A stretch of 64,000 nt of DNA from Kudoa neothunni (lineage: Eukaryota; Animalia; Cnidaria). The DNA lies in assembly GCA_964304625.1 (NCBI GenBank), contig OZ199839.1, positions 6,824,234 through 6,888,233 on the forward strand, read 5' to 3'. The position numbers were made by a program, and so were the translations under genes. The notes under the pieces are model-generated. The model was not told the origin of the DNA and ran no database searches. It saw nothing but the letters and a program-made list of their open reading frames with translations. Position 1 is the first letter of the stretch. The number at the start of each line of letters is the position of its first letter. Positions 1 through 14,091 of this stretch are shown in pieces.

Positions 1-572
1 TCATTTGTGGTTACAGTAACTTGTGGATTTACCAATAATGCTAAAAAAAATTATATCAACCAGTTTGTATTATTTAATTACGCAATTCTAACCCAAACAC
101 AGCTCCACCCTGAGTCTTAACTTTGGCCGTATCAACTGTTTCACCAGTGAAAACAACGAAATACTTGGTTCTTGGGGAAAACTTGTCAAATTCTAATTTA
201 TTGCCATCTCCGTCGCAAGTCCTAACACATTTGCCAGATGCTTTTTCTTGATCATCATTGGGGCATGTACTAATATCTGCCAAACCATTGTCTTGATCGT
301 TCGATTTTTTAATGTAACATTTTTTGGAATTTGAATACTCAGTGCCACTTAATACTAAATTAACTTTCAATTTAGTTTGCCCTCCCGCTTGCTCTTTCAC
401 AAGCTTATAAGTCAATGATTTTGTATTAGCCGCAATAGTTTGGGGCTCTGGTTGTGGATATATGAGAATAAATTGAGCTATATGTTATTTTAAACGATAT
501 TTCAAGTTCTTTATATTTACAAAAAAGGACAGTATAAATTCCTAGGAAAGAAACCATATTTCTCATCGTCAT
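1..572 (-). CDS. 5' part of orphan type-I surface protein, copy 1 (paralog of 8265-11137; runs off the window start)
   Basis: ATG at 572 (MTMRNMVSFLGIYTVLF, signal-peptide-like), GT-AG intron 478-520, exon 2 matches ORF 74-415; nearly identical to 10579-11137 from DISTCPNDD onward. Confidence 0.8.
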
Positions 573-1699
573 CTGTATAATATATAAAATCGATAGCTGT
601 CGTTCTATATAAAAATAAAAATTCTATTGGTATTCAATTTACGTATACAGGATTATAAACTCGGAGTATAACCTAGTTAATTATCAATATAAATAAAACG
701 GGTTTGATATTAGAAACAAATTAAATAATAGTAATATGTTAATTTATATTCATTCAAGTTCAATAAAAAAGTTGGTGTAATTTTATTTTTAAAATATTGA
801 AAGAATTTATATATATATATATAGACTTAAGTAGATTTTATATTGTAGAACTACCTTTAGCGAACACAGTAATGCCCGTTTTTAGTTTATAAATTATAAT
901 AATAACAAGCAGAAATAATCTTAGATTTTTTTTCGTTTACGAATTTAAGTGTAAACCAAGAATTTTATTTTGTTTTAAGTTAGTAATCTTTGTTATAAAG
1001 TGTACCTATATTTTGTTAATAAAATTTAATTATAATTATTTAGATATACACAGCATTTTTTAAGCCTAAAAAATTGAATTAATTATTTGTTTCAAAGAGT
1101 TATTACCATATAAGATTAAATTTTACTAAAACCATGAAGTTGCAGATGTTTTTTATGATCATTTCAAACAACTGAATTATAATTTATAATTTGTAAAATC
1201 ACTAAATGAAAACTTTTATAAAAACATTCTTTATACTTGTTAGGATAATAACTCGAAAATAAACTTATGTACTGTAATTTATTGAAATTATTTTAGAAAT
1301 ATTGAGTAACATAATATTTTATAAATTTTTAATAAAAATACATTACTTAAATGTATTTATTTCGATATACATATATTTATAGCTACTATTTTTACGGCGA
1401 AAGTTATTGAAAAAAAAGATTTAAGAGGAAGAAATAAATTATATTAAATATATTTGAAACATTATATAAATTAATATATTATTAAACATTAATGACATTT
1501 TTTTAAAACCTTATCGTATTCATGTACAAATATTTAAATTTAACATCTTGGAGAAATACAATACAAATATAATCATTTATCTACTAAAACTAAGTTATAA
1601 AATATTATATTTATTAATTCATTTATTTTACATAAATACCTAGAAGGAGAATTATTGATATCCCAAGTTATCTCAAAATATAAAATATATTATTTATAT

Positions 1700-4009
1700 G
1701 GCAGTGTCTATTGGCCCGACGTGGGGTCAATAGCAACTTCCGATCGGCTGCGACTATTGGCCCTAACAAATTGATTTATTTAATTTTCGAGCCTTTAATT
1801 ATAGTAAATCTGTGTTGTCTGATATAAAACAACTTGCAATTGTGTACTTAATTTTTTTATCGAGTTATATCGGTTAAAAATATTCTGTAGAATGTAATAT
1901 GTTTCGACTAAATGGACCGTAAGAAGTCTTTATATTGAGTTTATGAGTTATTTATTTATTCAAATGAACATTTTTAGTTCTGATTTAACTATTAATTATC
2001 TATATAACTAAAATTTTTATTGTAATAGTTTTAATTTTATTGTAACGTGCGTTGATTTTATTGTAATCATTCCTTAATGTTGTAATACAGAATTATTGTA
2101 AAAAAATGTAAGATTTTTCACAAGACCAAAAATATAAAGTATATAGATATTGTATTTAAAGATATTTGGTTATAGTAAAAGAAAAATTTTGATTTTACTC
2201 CTACGCGCGTGTTTACGAAATGAGATTGCCTGAACTTAATATGATTTTTCAAACCGAAAATACTTTTAACATTTTTGAGAAGTTATAGTTGAACATAGAG
2301 TAATACGGACAAAACTCCATGGGAAGAATATCTATATATGACTCTTAAACCATCGAAAGAGCTTAGAAGCGATGTAATAAAACGTTAAATCCAATACTTT
2401 AGTTTTATCATACAAAATATTTCTGGGTTCATCGCGATATAAACTTAAGTTCTTCAAAAATTTAAATAATTTTTGTATATGCATTAAAGTTTGAAAACAT
2501 GCTGTCGTTATTTTAAAGAAAACGATCTGTTAGTAAAAGAAATTCGAATTCTTATTACAAAGTATGCCCAATATTTCTAAAATTTTCAGTCACCGCCGAT
2601 GTAAAATAATTCGTGTTAAAATCTTTTGACTTATCACATAACCATGATTCTATGAACTTTCCATCACAATTTTTGCATAGTAGAAATAAAATATCAATGG
2701 ATGAAAGTAATCTTATCGCTCAATTTGTACAAGTTAATGGAAATTCCAAACTAATCCAAGAAAAAATATTACGAGAAGAGCGAACTTTTTTTAATGAAAA
2801 AAGTGTCTAACATGAAGCACTTTTGTAAATCGCATACAAGGAGCCTGTAATTTAAAAAAAATTCAAATAAAAAAGGAAGATGTTTAGAGATATGGGAAAT
2901 CAACAATGAGACTATAGGCTGCGACATATGTCTCCAATCGAGCTATTTTAAATGCCAACATATTAAACTGAACCCGTCATCAAAATATTAGAGTTGTATG
3001 AATTGTAAAACAGAAGAATGATAGTAAGAGAAATTGTAATAAAAAAGCTTTCGTTTTAATTCATATGCTATTTAAATATATCTTATACCATCATGAATAT
3101 GTATTTTACTCATCCATAAGGTGGTATTTATGTTACAATAATTGAAAAGGATTTGTTTATCAAATACGTTCAATCAATTTTACAAAATTCATATAGTCAT
3201 GTAGTAGAATTCATGTGAACATCTGTGTGATACATGGCTTGGTGAAAAACGTCAAAGTCCAACATTTTTTGAATAAAATCACCACTAAAAAGTTATATAT
3301 TTAAACGTTGAAAATAATGTTTCAAATATGAATAAAATTGTTATAGAGGATAATAACAAATCAATATTTTAATTGAGAACATTAAATTTCAACTAGTATC
3401 GTCAAAATTCAGATTTTATGCGAAGTCTAAATAAGGGAGTATGCGAAGTGTCCTGATTAGGTGACATTAAATTAGGTATAAATCAATAAATTGGATTCAT
3501 AACATTTATTTACATTGAGTGATTTTATACCGATATTATAAAAAATATCAATGTCGGACATTTGACGCCATTTGGAGTTTTGGGTTTACGACAACCATTT
3601 ATATGGATGAAATCAATGCAATAATATTGAAAATAGCAAATAACATGATTACAACAGTGAATTCATTTAAAACTATGAATATAACACGGATATATCATAT
3701 CAGAAAATTATTATTGCACAATACTTGGAACGAATAAATTTCTTACTGATAAAAAATCATAAAAACATTCCATTCAAAGGTTAAACAAGTTTATGAAGCA
3801 AATAGAGCATTTACAGCGATAAATTACAATAATGATGAGGATGGGTCTTTCCTAAGTAACGCCTTATATCACAGATTTCTAAAGACAAAATTCTTTTATT
3901 TTTTTCAAATTAATATATAATTCGTTTTAATAATATTTTGAATCATTAAAATTTAAAAAGAATCCCCTAAATAGGTAAAAACAATTTGTTCGGGCCAATA
4001 GACACTTCC
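1700..4009 (+). mobile_element. Mutator-like (MULE) DNA transposon, decayed
   Basis: 20-bp TIRs ggcagtgtctattggcccga / tcgggccaatagacacttcc; perfect 9-bp TSD tatttatat (1691-1699, 4010-4018); remnant CPIFLKFSV...LKSFDLSHNHD resembles the FAR1/ZSWIM3-type DNA-binding motif. Confidence 0.8.
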
Positions 4010-4342
4010 TATTTATATATATACAATGTTAGTAGATCAAAATATATTTTTCATTCATGTAAATCTTGAAATAAAATATAACACTAAAAATATCTGTTTC
4101 ATTGTTATATTATTTGAGTTTAATTAAAAATATATTTCTTAAGTCGGATGTCAATTTTTTTTATTATGGGATAAAAATATTTTTAATATATTTCGAATGA
4201 TTTACATTTATATTAACTAGAATGAACTACATATTATATGAATTTAACATCATATAATTTTTTATTAATTTAAGGTAATACATAATTAAAAAAGTATTTA
4301 GTTTATTGCAAAAAATATAATTTTAATTAATAAATACGTCAA

Positions 4343-7031
4343 CCCTCGAATACCTGGAAAAAAAGTTACAAGAATGCCTGAAGAGGACCGCTGTGGTCCT
4401 ATGCAATTTAATCGTAGCATAATTGTATTTGAAACTATATGACTATAAAGATAAATAAAACAATAGAACAGCTTGATTTTAAGTTAAAAAAAAGAGAATA
4501 AAAAAATTTAATTTAAAACAAAATCAAATTTTTTTAGGCGCGCATTAAAAAAATAAATAATTTGCAAATATAAACTTACATAAAATCGATATCATATAAA
4601 GAAAACAAAATAGCATTATTTCATATAATTTTTGTATTCATAATAAATTTATAACTTCCAAAATTGTTATTTTATGATTGTAATTAGTGATTTAAATTAG
4701 ATGGTGTTTTGATTAATTGGCAAAAAACGATTGTATTAAAGATAAATCAATAAATTATTTTGTTTATCATTACAAATGATAATTTGATATAAAAAATACA
4801 AAATAATTTTATATTCTACAACATATATTGAATTACATGCCCAATCTATATATACCATCTCATTATAATGACATGAATTCTAATCGTTTTGTCTAAAATC
4901 TAAATAGGTAAATTACACAAATATATATTTTGTAGATATAAACAAATTTAATAGAAAAAATTTAAATGCGTATAAAAATATGGCAAAATAAAGTAGATAA
5001 ATAATACAATATATTTTATTTTTTGTTACAAAAATCGCATTCTATATTTTCATTTCGGTGATTTTTTCAGACAAATTTGTTGCAATTTGAGAAAATTCTC
5101 CTGCTTTTCTTCTTGTTTTTTGAGCAAATATGGCATGTACCTCTTCCAGAAGGAGGTTCCTTCCTTTTTATTGGGATAGCTTCAAAATTGATATCATCGT
5201 TTCCTAGCAATTCTTCAGCTAACATTTTTAAAAACTCTCTTGGGGATTGTTTTTTATGAGCATTTTTGAATTGCGAGTTTCGATAAACATACAGGAGATA
5301 TGCATTATAGGCGGCTATATTGTTGATATTAGAGAAAATCGTCATCGGACAACGGCAAGTGGCTTTTTTTGTGGAATGGTAGCGGACAATTTAGTCAAGC
5401 GTATCCACCCCTCTTTTTTTTGGTTGTAATAATTTATGATCTCTGGTTTTTAAGACTCAGGATCAACATCATAACCTCGAAGTGTGGAACTCAAAAGTAC
5501 CACAGATCTATTTTTCTTGGGATTGTATTTTACCAACGTAAATTTATCCTAAAATAAAAATCTCACATCGTTTGGTATTCCCTTTGATGATTGAAATTCA
5601 GGGATGAAAATTTTTTTATTTTTACGGACGGTCCCTACAATTGTTGTTTTATGAGACATTAAGTATTTCGCAACTGACAATGTGGTAAAAAAATTGTTTG
5701 TTTTAACATTACGACCATTTTTTAAATAAGGTGTAAATAAATGCTTTATCACATTTTCACCTTGGTTGGTTTCAACAACACCGTTCTCTTCGCCAATATA
5801 TATCTTTGCATTGCATAGATATGCGTTTGTTGCATCACACAACGCCCATATTTTTATCCCATACTTTCCAGGCTTAGTAGGGGTGAACCTTTTGAAGGGG
5901 CAACAAACCTTGAATGTGATAAGCTGTTCATCCACAGTCAATTGGGAAGATGGGTTGTAACTTCCTTTACACGTTTTTATAAACTCATCAAATATATATC
6001 TGATGGGGGAAGTTTATTCTCTCTATCCCTGGTTCTTCTCTTGTCAAATCTGAGACAAGTTGCAAAATCTTCAAAGCAATTCCTTGTAATTTTTGAAATT
6101 AGTGATTAAAGGCCATATTTTTCAGTCCAAAATTCTCGGATGTTTTCATTTTTGCCTTTCATTAGGCCAATTAATAAGATAGCTCCCAAAATAACTCTCA
6201 ACTCGGTCTTAATTATCTTTTTGATATTTGTTTTTTCTTGTTCAATAAATTCGTTGGTACAATATTGGATCTCTTCCAACATTTTATTGGTCAACAAATT
6301 ATTAAAAACCCTCATGGGAGTTTGGCCATTCCGGAAAGCTTTATTTGTAAATGCCGGTTTTACATTATAAATATTTTCCATTGTATGTCTTCTTTCAACC
6401 CTAGTTGGAAATTTATACCATTTTTATCCATCTTTGGAGACAACAAAAGGGAAATATGTCATATCTTCAATGCTCGCATCGTTATCATAAGCATCGTCGT
6501 CGTCATTGTTGACCGGCTCATTAATTATTTCATCCAAGTCCCCCGATCCACTTGCAATGTATAGTGTATCGCCAGTACTTTCGTAATCATTTTCAAAAGA
6601 ATACGTTTTTTGTCAAAATTCATTTTTAGGCAAAATCTCGTTCCGCAAACAAGCTTGTTATAAAATAAATTCAATTCAATTAAAATTTTTGAATTTAACA
6701 TATAACAAGTCATAAACAGATTTAGAATATTTTAAATTGCTTACGAAATACAATATTAATTTAGAATGATGTAATTATAGTACAAAATATTAATTTCGTT
6801 AACAATTACACATGGACCGGAATGGTCTATCTCAGGTATCTACGTAACTTTTTTGTTTATTTATTTTTACAAAAATTCTCAACTCTTACAGCTCTATCAT
6901 TTTAAAATATAATAAAGCATAATTACAGCATAAATATGAATGCATAAAAAAGTTTAAAAAAATGTATGCAAAAAGATATTAAAAATCTTATCTCTCGTGG
7001 ACCAGCGTGGTCCAACCCAGATATTCGAAGG
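4343..7031 (-). mobile_element. piggyBac transposon with disrupted transposase (about 6560-5067)
   Basis: TIRs ccctcgaatacctgg / ccagatattcgaagg flanked by tcaa / ttaa; minus-strand fragments TVDEQLITFK..CPF...KPGKYGIKIWALCDA, NFFTT, GTVRKNK and C-terminal RGTCHIC; several frameshifts and stops. Confidence 0.93.
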
Positions 7032-8264
7032 TTAAATAATTAGTGATATATTTGATTTTAGACTATTTTTTTTCTCGATTAAAATTGATTCGTGTATAAT
7101 ATACAATGATAACTAATTAACTCAATAATTTGATTAATTTTAAAACATTAGGGTTAAAATTTGTTTACAGATTAACCATAATTAAAAATACATTGATATA
7201 GTTTTCAGGTTGTGTTACATAAAAGTTAAGCGAATGTAACAATTAATAATAAAAATAATACATATTACGTTAATACACAACAATACGGAGCAGTTTTAAT
7301 GTCTACCTTTAAGAAAAGTTAAATGACGTTAAACTAACTACTGCTTTAATACAATAATTTTTTTAAATTTTAAACCTCGATTCCTTAGTTTTCAATCCTA
7401 CTTCTTCAAATAACCGGTTCCTGTAATAATGGGGCTATTAGTCCAATCTGATATAATTTAATCGTTGAATTTAAAAATAAACATGTTCATTATTTTTCAT
7501 TAGCATCACCAATTTTTTACCTAAATAGTTCTAGCTATAGCATTAATTCATAGTTACCGATTTTAAACTGTTAAACTCAATTCATTAATTTTCTATAATT
7601 TATAGCAGGAAAGTTAAAATAAAATCCTCAACAAAGATTTTTAATAATCAAAAATTTATTTTAATTATTCCAAATAATAAAATGAAGTAGATATTTATAT
7701 TAACTAAAATTATTCTAATTGAAACTCTAACAAATTCTTTAATATACAAATTAAATCAAAGTATATACAGAATATTACCGACATTTTCATGAAGAAATTT
7801 CTACCTTTCACTTAATATTCTTGTATTATTCTTCATTAGTTTTTAAACATTATAAAGTTACTTTTGTAATAATTAATGGTGGTTAAGACAAACAGTATTA
7901 TCGGTACAAACAAACTTATTTGACAATTAAGTGAAATTCTCGAGACAATATTCGAGTAGGGTTAATTTAATATGATCGGCCATTAAAAATAAAAATTCCA
8001 ATTAATAAACTGAGGAAAAATATGTTGATCGCATGATTTAGTAACTTGGTTATTTTCGTCTAATTTTAATTCAAATCGACTTAAAATTCACATACTAGTT
8101 AAATGAATTAAAAACATCACTGCTCAATATATGTTTATCAAATGTGAAATGTTTATAGAAGAGTTCGTAAATTTAGCTATTGAAACAGAAACAAATTTAA
8201 TTATAAATTGTTAATGTTATCAAAAATATGGTTAGTCAAGGACATCGTTTTTTAAAATAAGAAT

Positions 8265-11137
8265 TTAGTTTTTATTCTTCCAATATCCAAAATAGAATCC
8301 AGCACCGAGGATAATGATCAATACTGGAACAATCACCCCAACAATTCTATAATGAATAATTAACATAATACATTTTAAATTAGATACATTGTATTTTTCG
8401 ACCTAAAATAAGTATAAGAAAACATCCTATTATCGTAATTTACGTGGATTTATTTGATTTTTCACCTAGATAAAAAATTTAAAATTATTTAATAAAAACT
8501 TGACAATTACCTTGTTTGATTTCAGCCGAACCGGAAATATTATTATCTGTACTGTGAAATAAAACCAATCGGTAATTGGCTGTATCCTCAACATTTTCAA
8601 TTGTGAATTCCTTGCACAATGGAAACACGGAACAACCTCTATCGCCAATAACCATACATTTTTTAACAATTGGTTTAGAAACATCTGTCCAATCTCTTAA
8701 TTCCCATTTGCATAACGATGTTACTGCTACACCGGTAGGAAGAGTAGTTGATATGTGTAAGGTTTTTTCGTCTCGTGTAATCACCGAGATTAATTGTTTG
8801 GTAATATCTGCAGTAGGTGTAGGGAATGAATCTAAATAATAAATTAATATCAAATATATATATTGAAAATTTATTACATTTCGATATATCAATGGAAGTT
8901 TCTTCAGATCTACCAACAGCTGTCACCAAAACTTTATATTCTTTTTCTGCCTCGTATACTTCATGGAATATAATATTTGTGCATAAAGGCGGTTGAGCGC
9001 ATGAGGGAATAGCGGTGTTTGTTTTAGAAGATGTTTCATCCTTTTGCTGTTGACCCTCAGTTGATCTAGCTATTAGTATTTTGATGCTGCTTTATTGGGT
9101 GAATTCCTATTGTTTATTGATGGAGTTGCGGCTGGGCATTGATATATTAAGTCGAATTCTTCCCCCTTCTTTACCTTCACTTTGTAATGGCAAACTATTG
9201 TAGGATCTGGGGTCGACAATGCACCTATCAACTTAAAACCTTATCCAGAAATTGCGACTGGAGTGTAAGCACTGACATTGCTAGAAAGAAATTTATTAAT
9301 TTTAATTTCAAATGTTTGGTTACTTGTTTTTATTTGATGTATTTTTGACCCATAATCTTTATGTGCAACAACCTTTAGATCATATTCAGTTCCAGGTGTC
9401 AAACCTAGGATATTTTGAGTATCTCTACAATAACCTCTGCATGGGTAGCTATCCTGACACATCGCACACACATAAACATCCTTCCCACGAGGGCTTATAT
9501 AATAAGCACAAGTAGGGTCTTCTTTTGCACGTGCCCCAGTAACATCTATCGCTTTTATCGATGATGTTGTTTCAGTCGTTGTTGGGTTTGTTTCCATAAA
9601 AGATTTATCTGCGTGTTTTTCTGCCAATAAAAATTCTTTACAAATTTATTTCATAAATTATATACCTGTACGAATAAATATATGCTCCTTAAAATTTGCA
9701 GGTTTACCGCTTGAATTAGATGATGCGATTTCAAGGATATATGGCTTACCATATTGAGTTGCTTAATTGTTAAAGGGTCGGCGCAATCTGTATTGCACCC
9801 TGTTTCTCCCGAATCATTACATTTGGCTCTCCCAGCAGGATCAGGTACAGGTTTATCGGCTTCATAATAAGTTACAGTACAAGATGTGAATACGGTATTT
9901 CCTTGTGGCTTAAACAAACCAACATTTAATGTAACTCCAGTTGACGTAAAACCCGATAATAAGGTTCCACTAGCAGCAGCAGTTTCTGTGACAACTATGA
10001 AAAAATTAAAAAATATGTGATATATATCAACTACCAAATTTATCCTGAATATATCCAAGGTAATTTGTACCAGGTTTTTGCTAATGGTACATGTCTTGTT
10101 TGAATCAATATTTGAACCAGAGATTTAGAAGGTTCAAACGCAAGCTCCACATTATTACATGGTGCATAACAATCTTTTTGGGCCGAACCACAGTTCGATT
10201 TATAATCATTTTTGCTCGTGGCTGAAATTTCTTCAGTGTGATCTCTTATACTGAAGCGGCATATTTCGAAGGGGAATTTATTTGTAAATTTTAATAAATA
10301 CTTATTTTTTTCAGCCGAGCTGTAAGTCAAATAATATTGTGGTTTGTAAACATCAAATGTTGTTAAAGTATATTTATTCTGAAGTTTGTAAAAGAAACTG
10401 GGATAGTTTTCACATCTCATTTCATAGTGTGGGATCATTAAATCAAATTCAACTTCATTCGCAGTATTTGCATTGGCACAATCATTTCCTTCTGTCCCAT
10501 CTACGTACTTTACATCCTTGTAAAATATAGGGCATTTAACTCGTTTACATGTTATTGTGCTCAGTTTCAATTTACGTACATTTGTGGTTATAGTAACTTG
10601 TGGATTCACCAATAATGCTATAGAAAATTATATCAACCAGTTTGTATTATTTAATTACGCAATTCTAACCCAAACACAGCTCCACCCTGGGTCTTAACTT
10701 TGGCCGTATCAACTGTTTCACCAGTGAAAACAACGAAATACTTGGTTCTTGGGGAAAACTTGTCAAATTCTAATTTATTGCCATCTCCGTCGCAAGTCCT
10801 AACACATTTGCCAGATGCTTTTTCTTGATCATCATTGGGGCATGTACTAATATCTTCCCAATTATTTTCTAGACCATTAGACTTTCTAATGTAGCATTTT
10901 TTTGATTGAGGATAATCATCGCCACGTAATATTAAATTAACCATCAATTTCGTTTGCTCCTTCACAAGCTTATAAGTCAGTGAGTTTGTATTAGCCGGAG
11001 TAGTTTGTGGCTGAACTTGTGAATATATGATAGTAAATTGAGCTATATGATATTTTAAATAAAATTTCAAGTTCTTTATATTTACAAAAAAGGACAGTAT
11101 AAATTCCTAGAAAAGAGACCAAATTTTTCATCGTCAT
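8265..11137 (-). CDS. Orphan type-I membrane protein: signal peptide, about six Cys-containing FN3-like modules, one TM helix, tiny cytoplasmic tail (four single-base indels need correcting)
   Basis: ATG 11137; short phase-1 GT-AG introns between modules; FN3 F-strand-like motifs FSPRTKYFVVFTG, L[K]YGKPYILEIAS, GLTPGTEYDLKVVA, EAEKEYKVLVTAV, VEDTANYRLVLFH; two micro-exons, then IIVGVIVPVLIIILGAGFYFGYWKNKN* (TAA 8265-8267). Confidence 0.75.
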
Positions 11138-12858
11138 TTGTGTACTATATAATATCGATAGCTTTCGTTCAAATGTAAAAATAAAAATCCTATTGGTATA
11201 CAATTTACGTATACAGGATTAGTAACTCGGTGTATAACTTAGTAATTATCAATATGATGGATATTGGTTTAAAATTAGAATAAATTTAATAATAATAATA
11301 ATAATACGTTAATTTATTTTCTTTCAAGTACAAGAAGAAAGTTGATGTAATTTGATTTTTGAACTATTGAAATAATTTATATATATATATAGACTTAAGT
11401 AGATTTTTATATTGTAGAACTACCTTTAGCGAACACAGTAATGCCCGTTTTTAGTTTATAAATTATAATAACAAGCAGAAATAATCCTAGATTTTGTTTC
11501 GTTTACGAATTTAAGTGAGTAATCTTCATTATAAAGTTTACCTTTATTTTGTGAATAAAATTTAATTATAATGATTTAGATTTGGGCAGTATTTCTTAAT
11601 CATAAAATATAATGAATTAATTATTTTAGTCTAGTTAAAAATATATTTCTCAAGTCGGATGTCAATTTTTTCTTATTAAGGGATCAAAATATTTTAATAT
11701 ATTTTTGAATTGATTTATATTTATATTAATTAGCATGAACCAAATATTATATGAATTTAACATTATATAATTATTCATTAATTTAAGACAATACGTAACT
11801 GCAAAATTATTTAATTTATTGCAAAAAATATAATTTAATCTAATAAATACGTCCTAAATAATTTTGGATAAGTTTGATTTTAGAATACTTTTTTTCTCGA
11901 TTCAGTTTGATTTCAATATATTATAATTTATTAAAATTAATTCATGTACAATATACAATGATGACTAATTAAATCAATAATTCGATTAATTTTAAAACTT
12001 TAGAGTAAAAATTTATTTAAAGATTAACTATAATTAATAATACATTGATATAGTTTTCAGGTTGTGTTACATAAAAGTTGAGTGAATGAAATAAATAATA
12101 ATACACTAAAACAGCACAGAGCAGTTTTAATGTCTACCTTTAAGAAAAGTTAAATGACGTTAAACTAAATACTGCTTTAATACAATAATTTTTATGATAT
12201 TCCTTAGTTTTCAATCCTACTTCTTCAAAATAACCGGTTCCTGTAAAAATTGAGCTATTAGTCCAATCTGATATAATTTAATCGTTGAATTTCAAAATAA
12301 AAATTTACAATATTTTTCATTAACATCACTTATTTTTTTACCTAAATAGTTCTAGCTATAGCAATAATTCATGATTACCGATTTTGAACTGTTAAACTCA
12401 ATTAATTAATAAAAATAATTAATAGCAGAAAGTTAAAATAAAATCCTCAAAAAAGATTTTTAATAATCAAAAATTTATTTTTAATTATTCCAATGAATAA
12501 AATGATGTAGATATTTATATTGACTAAAATTATATTAATTGAAACTCTAACAAATTCATTAATATATAAATTAAATCAACGTATATACAGAATATTACCG
12601 ACATTTTCATGAAGAAATTTCCACCTTTCACTTAATATTATTCTCATTACAAAATTTACGAGTTTAGATTAGTAAAATACACTTGTTAATATCGATAATT
12701 TTTTAAAGTTTACCGATCCATTAAATTTATATATTAAAGATAACATCGAATCAATATTTAAACCTTTCTAGTAACATATAAAATATGAACAACTTAAAAA
12801 ATAATTATAGAAGTACAAACAATTTCGGTAGAATTTACGATCATTGTGTCACTTTGTA

Positions 12859-13457
12859 CAGTAGGTGACCACTCGTTCGTAATCCCCACGTGGATTGATA
12901 AATTGTAGGAAAAACTGGTCACCTGACTAATTTTTCGTACTTTTGGCGCATGCGTGCATATAATATTTTATTATAGAATAAATGTAACAAATCACAATAT
13001 TGATTAAACTTGTATTATTTTGGTTTTAATAGTTAATACTTTTTTATATTTTTAGCATGCAATCCAACCTCGAACAAAATAATAATTTAGTTCTAATTAG
13101 GATACCGTGCATCGTTGGAATAATGGATAACATAGAGTGGCGAACGGTAGTCGTCATAGCACTCCTATATGACAAAGAATTAAAATACATGAGTATTTTA
13201 ATATTTGTCTCATATATTTCTGTAAATTATATGATTTTTTCCATCTCTCATTTTTCTGTAAGTACGAAAAAATGGTAGCCATAAAAAACGCGTAAAAAAT
13301 AATCAAAATTAATCAAATTAGAAAAAATTTTCATTCATTTGATACATTCTATTATAAATTAATATTATATATCTTTATAAAAAATTAACGAAGCCTAAAT
13401 CATTTATCAGTTAAAAATACGAATGAGTCGACCGTAGGAAAAAATGACTCCCCACTG
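12859..13457. mobile_element. Tc1/pogo-type non-autonomous element (degenerate)
   Basis: TA|cagtaggtgacc ... gactccccactg|TA imperfect terminal inverted repeats; internal repeat of gtaggaaaaa. Confidence 0.45.
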
Positions 13458-14091
13458 TAATAGACTATAACGAGAATAAAACTACGTAATAATCAATTAA
13501 TCCTATTAGTATTATAATTATGGTTATCGCCCGGGGAGCGAGTGACTCGTCATTAACATGAATTTTTTAGTATTGTAAATTAATTTTTTTTCCATCGCTC
13601 TCAACATCCAGCACAATCTAATTCGAATTTAATCTAATCCTTATAAAGTTAAAGTAGAACGTGTGGTCTATTTCAACGTTGATTTTAAGTGTACTAAGTT
13701 CACCGATTAAAATTTAATAAACTAGGCGAAATTTAATGCGATAATACGAATTTAAAAGATTGATCTATCTAAGGACATGCTTTTTATTATAGCGATAGTC
13801 GCCTCTAATCCATCTAGAATACCGGTAGAACTCGCATACCGATATACGGCGAGATATTGGTCACTTGATATTGACTAAAATATTATCTACGATTGTCATC
13901 ATATCGATCCTGGAATAATAATTGATAAACAAGCAACATTGAGAATTAAGCGCTTGGTCATTTAATGAGCTTAAATTTTATATTATTATATCGGAAAATT
14001 TCGCATTGTTATTTGTTTGAGCCATTGTTGGTTGGTCGTCACATTTTTATGGATCAATTAAAACTGGGCGACAACGATATAAAATCGAGAA

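Larger units (their letters stand above)
1..7830. repeat. Segmental tandem duplication unit, copy 1 (matches about 10579-12640, interrupted by insertions)
   Basis: 1-~1090 aligns with 10579-~11620; ~4120-4340 with ~11630-11852; ~7032-7820 with ~11853-12640 (e.g. shared gcagttttaatgtctacctttaagaaaagttaaatgacg at ~7290 and ~12121). Confidence 0.9.

Noticed and set aside
5077-6564. Plus-strand ORFs 5077, 5247, 5369, 5766, 6140 and 6238
   Set aside because: Antisense shadows of the minus-strand piggyBac transposase.
9070-10085. Programmed ribosomal frameshifting or a non-standard genetic code as the cause of broken frames
   Set aside because: Indels go in both directions with no shared slippery-stop motif; intact genes end in TAA or TGA and contain no in-frame stops; consensus error is simpler.
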